Origin: Candidatus Latescibacterota bacterium
Lineage (GTDB): Bacteria; Latescibacterota; UBA2968; GCA-2709665
Direction of reading: 5' to 3'
Length of the DNA: 64,000 nucleotides
Assembly (NCBI GenBank): GCA_965237675.1
Contig: OZ250150.1
Span: 1,760,001-1,824,000 of the forward strand
Part shown: positions 62,212 to 64,000 of the stretch, in pieces
Layout: every line of letters starts with the position of its first letter
Numbering within the stretch: the stretch's first letter is position 1
Program-made: the position numbers and the translations under genes
Notes under the pieces: model-generated
Told to the model about the DNA's origin: nothing
Seen by the model: the letters and a program-made list of their open reading frames with translations, nothing else
Databases searched by the model: none

Positions 62212-63072
62212 ATGGACGCCTATGAGCAATATCACTTCGACGTAAACGGTTATATTGTCGTGGAGGATATACTGACGCCCGGAGAGGTGGCGGCGCTGAA
62301 TGAGGCGATCGATCACAACCCGGACCACGTCCATATCCGGGCGGGAGAGGCATTGCTGTCCGGTGCGGCCAAACAGCACGGGGGCAAGGCCGCGCCGTTG
62401 TTGAAGGGCACACACGGCCGCGGGGATATCATGGACGTTCTGACCTGGCCCAAGCCCTGGTGCCAGCCCTTCCGTGACCTGTTGACCCATCCCCGGACGA
62501 TGCGATACATGCTGGAGTTGATCGGCGACGGGTTTCGGTACGGAAATGCGAACGGGATCAGCATGACGGCCGGCGCCGAGGGTTTTCTGTTTCACGGCGG
62601 CGGGACACCGAGGGGTCCGTATTATTTCGAATTTCAGGACGGGCGGATGTGGAACGGGCTGATGGCGGTCTGTTACCAGTTGACGGATATCGGTCCGGGC
62701 GACGGTGGATTCGCGTGCATTCCCGGCAGCCACAGGGCGAACTACCCGTGTCCGGCGGATGTTCGCCGCCTGGATATCCACGGGGAGTGGTTCAGACATC
62801 TTCCGATGAAGGCCGGCTCGGCGTTGATTTTCACCGAGTCGCTCACCCACGGCACGTTCCCCTGGACGGCGTCCCACGAGCGCAGAACGTTGCTGTACCG
62901 ATACGGGGCGGGGGATATGGTCTTCGGATCCGGGCCCAGCATCCACCCGGCGGGCTACGAATCGTTCAAGGACGAGTTGACGCCTTTGCAGCGCGCTGTG
63001 ATGGAGCCGCCCTACGCCAGCCGGCGGCCCAGCCTCGTGCCGCTAATGGAAGAAGAGGAAAAACGCCGGTAA
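62212..63072 (+). CDS. PhyH family Fe(II)/2OG enzyme with HxG instead of HxD
   Basis: AAGGAGG RBS; 'FDVNGYIV', 'LFHGGG', 'DGGFACIPGSH', 'LTHGT..W...RR'. Confidence 0.85.
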   Translation: MDAYEQYHFDVNGYIVVEDILTPGEVAALNEAIDHNPDHVHIRAGEALLSGAAKQHGGKAAPLLKGTHGRGDIMDVLTWPKPWCQPFRDLLTHPRTMRYMLELIGDGFRYGNANGISMTAGAEGFLFHGGGTPRGPYYFEFQDGRMWNGLMAVCYQLTDIGPGDGGFACIPGSHRANYPCPADVRRLDIHGEWFRHLPMKAGSALIFTESLTHGTFPWTASHERRTLLYRYGAGDMVFGSGPSIHPAGYESFKDELTPLQRAVMEPPYASRRPSLVPLMEEEEKRR

Positions 63073-63127
63073 GGCGCGCCCGCCGGAGAGGCCTGAGGTG
63101 CCCATCCGATAATTCGGAGAGGTCCGT

Positions 63128-64000
63128 ATGCTCTATTTAATCGATTCGGACGCCAGTTTTCTGGAAATGGTCATTATGGCATTACCCCTCGTCCTGCCCT
63201 GCCTGGGCGCGGTGTTCTACCTCGCGCCGGTTGGCGACGACAGGGCGTCGGGCGGGCGCGCGTCTCCCTGGAAGAGCGTAGCGCGGGCGAACGCCGGTTT
63301 GAGACCGGGCGATACCCTGGTCTTTCGGCCGGGTGCGTACGAGGGCACCATTTCGCCGGAGCACGGAGGAGAACCGGATGCTCCCATCTGCTGCCGGTCT
63401 GACGTCAGGCACGGGGCCGTGCTCGTTGGCGGGGGCGAAAACCGGCTGGCGGTGGATCTTCACGAGAAGCACAATATCCGAATCGAGGACTTCCGGATTG
63501 CGCCCGGGGACGGGCGCTGGCTGCGCGCCGACGGCTGCCACCGCCTTCTCGTTCAGGGATGTTATATGGAGAAGTCGGGCCCTTCGACGCCGCTGGTGCT
63601 GACCGGGTGCGAGCATGTCCGGCTCATCGACAACGTGTTCCGCAAGGACCGCGTTGGTGGCAATATGTGCCAGGTGGTCGAGTGCACGTACGTGGTCATC
63701 GAGGGAAACGCGTTTGCGCGCGTGGGGCACTGCCCGCTGCAGATTTCGATGACAAATAACTTCGTGGTACGGTCGAATTGCTTCCACAACCCGTGGGGGC
63801 GCAACTACGAGTTCTGGGCTTCGGGCAGGGCGCTGGTCGAGGGCAATATCGTTACCGAGGCGCGCGACAGCGCGCATTCGGCCGACAGCCGGGCGAAGAA
63901 TCTGCTGATTGACAGTATCATCCGCTTCAACCGGGTGTTTCGCAACCGGCATACGCCGCTCAACTCATCGAGTTACGTGCCGGTGAATTACCAGGTGCGC
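63128..64000 (+). CDS. Right-handed parallel beta-helix (pectate-lyase/PL9-like) protein, truncated by the window end
   Basis: Not in the ORF track (no stop). ATG 63128 after GGAGAGG, open to 64000: 'VFYLAPVGDD...SPWKSV...LRPGDTLVFRPGAY' then beta-helix repeats (IEGNAF, VRSNCF, VEGNIV, IIRFNRVF). Confidence 0.8.
   Translation, partial: MLYLIDSDASFLEMVIMALPLVLPCLGAVFYLAPVGDDRASGGRASPWKSVARANAGLRPGDTLVFRPGAYEGTISPEHGGEPDAPICCRSDVRHGAVLVGGGENRLAVDLHEKHNIRIEDFRIAPGDGRWLRADGCHRLLVQGCYMEKSGPSTPLVLTGCEHVRLIDNVFRKDRVGGNMCQVVECTYVVIEGNAFARVGHCPLQISMTNNFVVRSNCFHNPWGRNYEFWASGRALVEGNIVTEARDSAHSADSRAKNLLIDSIIRFNRVFRNRHTPLNSSSYVPVNYQVR

Overview
GC-rich bacterial chromosome segment with three parts. (1) 1-20.7 kb and 48.4-64 kb: a glycan/carbohydrate catabolism region. 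It encodes heparinase II/III-like and PL21-like lyases, five paralogues of a ~1100-1300 aa putative lyase with a C-terminal FG-GAP/PQQ-like beta-propeller (four of them in tandem), a beta-helix protein, DUF4838, an esterase, two Gfo/Idh/MocA oxidoreductases, three PhyH-type Fe/2OG dioxygenases and a 7-CxxCH cytochrome. Small TA-like cassettes are inserted here. (2) 20.7-22.4 kb and 47.4-48.2 kb: a REP-associated tyrosine transposase (RAYT) with mosaic REP arrays, whose repeat units recur in direct orientation on the far side of part 3. (3) 22.4-47.35 kb: a ~25-kb anti-phage defence island with no integrase. Its scaffold is a restriction-like trio (SNF2 helicase-nuclease, DUF1156 adenine methyltransferase, Swt1-HEPN-DUF499 ATPase) split by cargo modules. 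The cargo is: a GHKL ATPase/STAS/PIN triad; an ABC-ATPase plus small PD-(D/E)xK-like protein; an E2-only CBASS (CD-NTase, E2, patatin) with a divergent HTH-ImmA regulator; AAA+DUF3226; DUF6615; a Schlafen/AlbA_2 protein; DUF488; and several decayed TA/IS remnants. I found no rRNA, tRNA or CRISPR array. Family names come from motif recognition by eye, not from database searches. Several start codons were moved downstream of the ORF-track starts on RBS/homology grounds.
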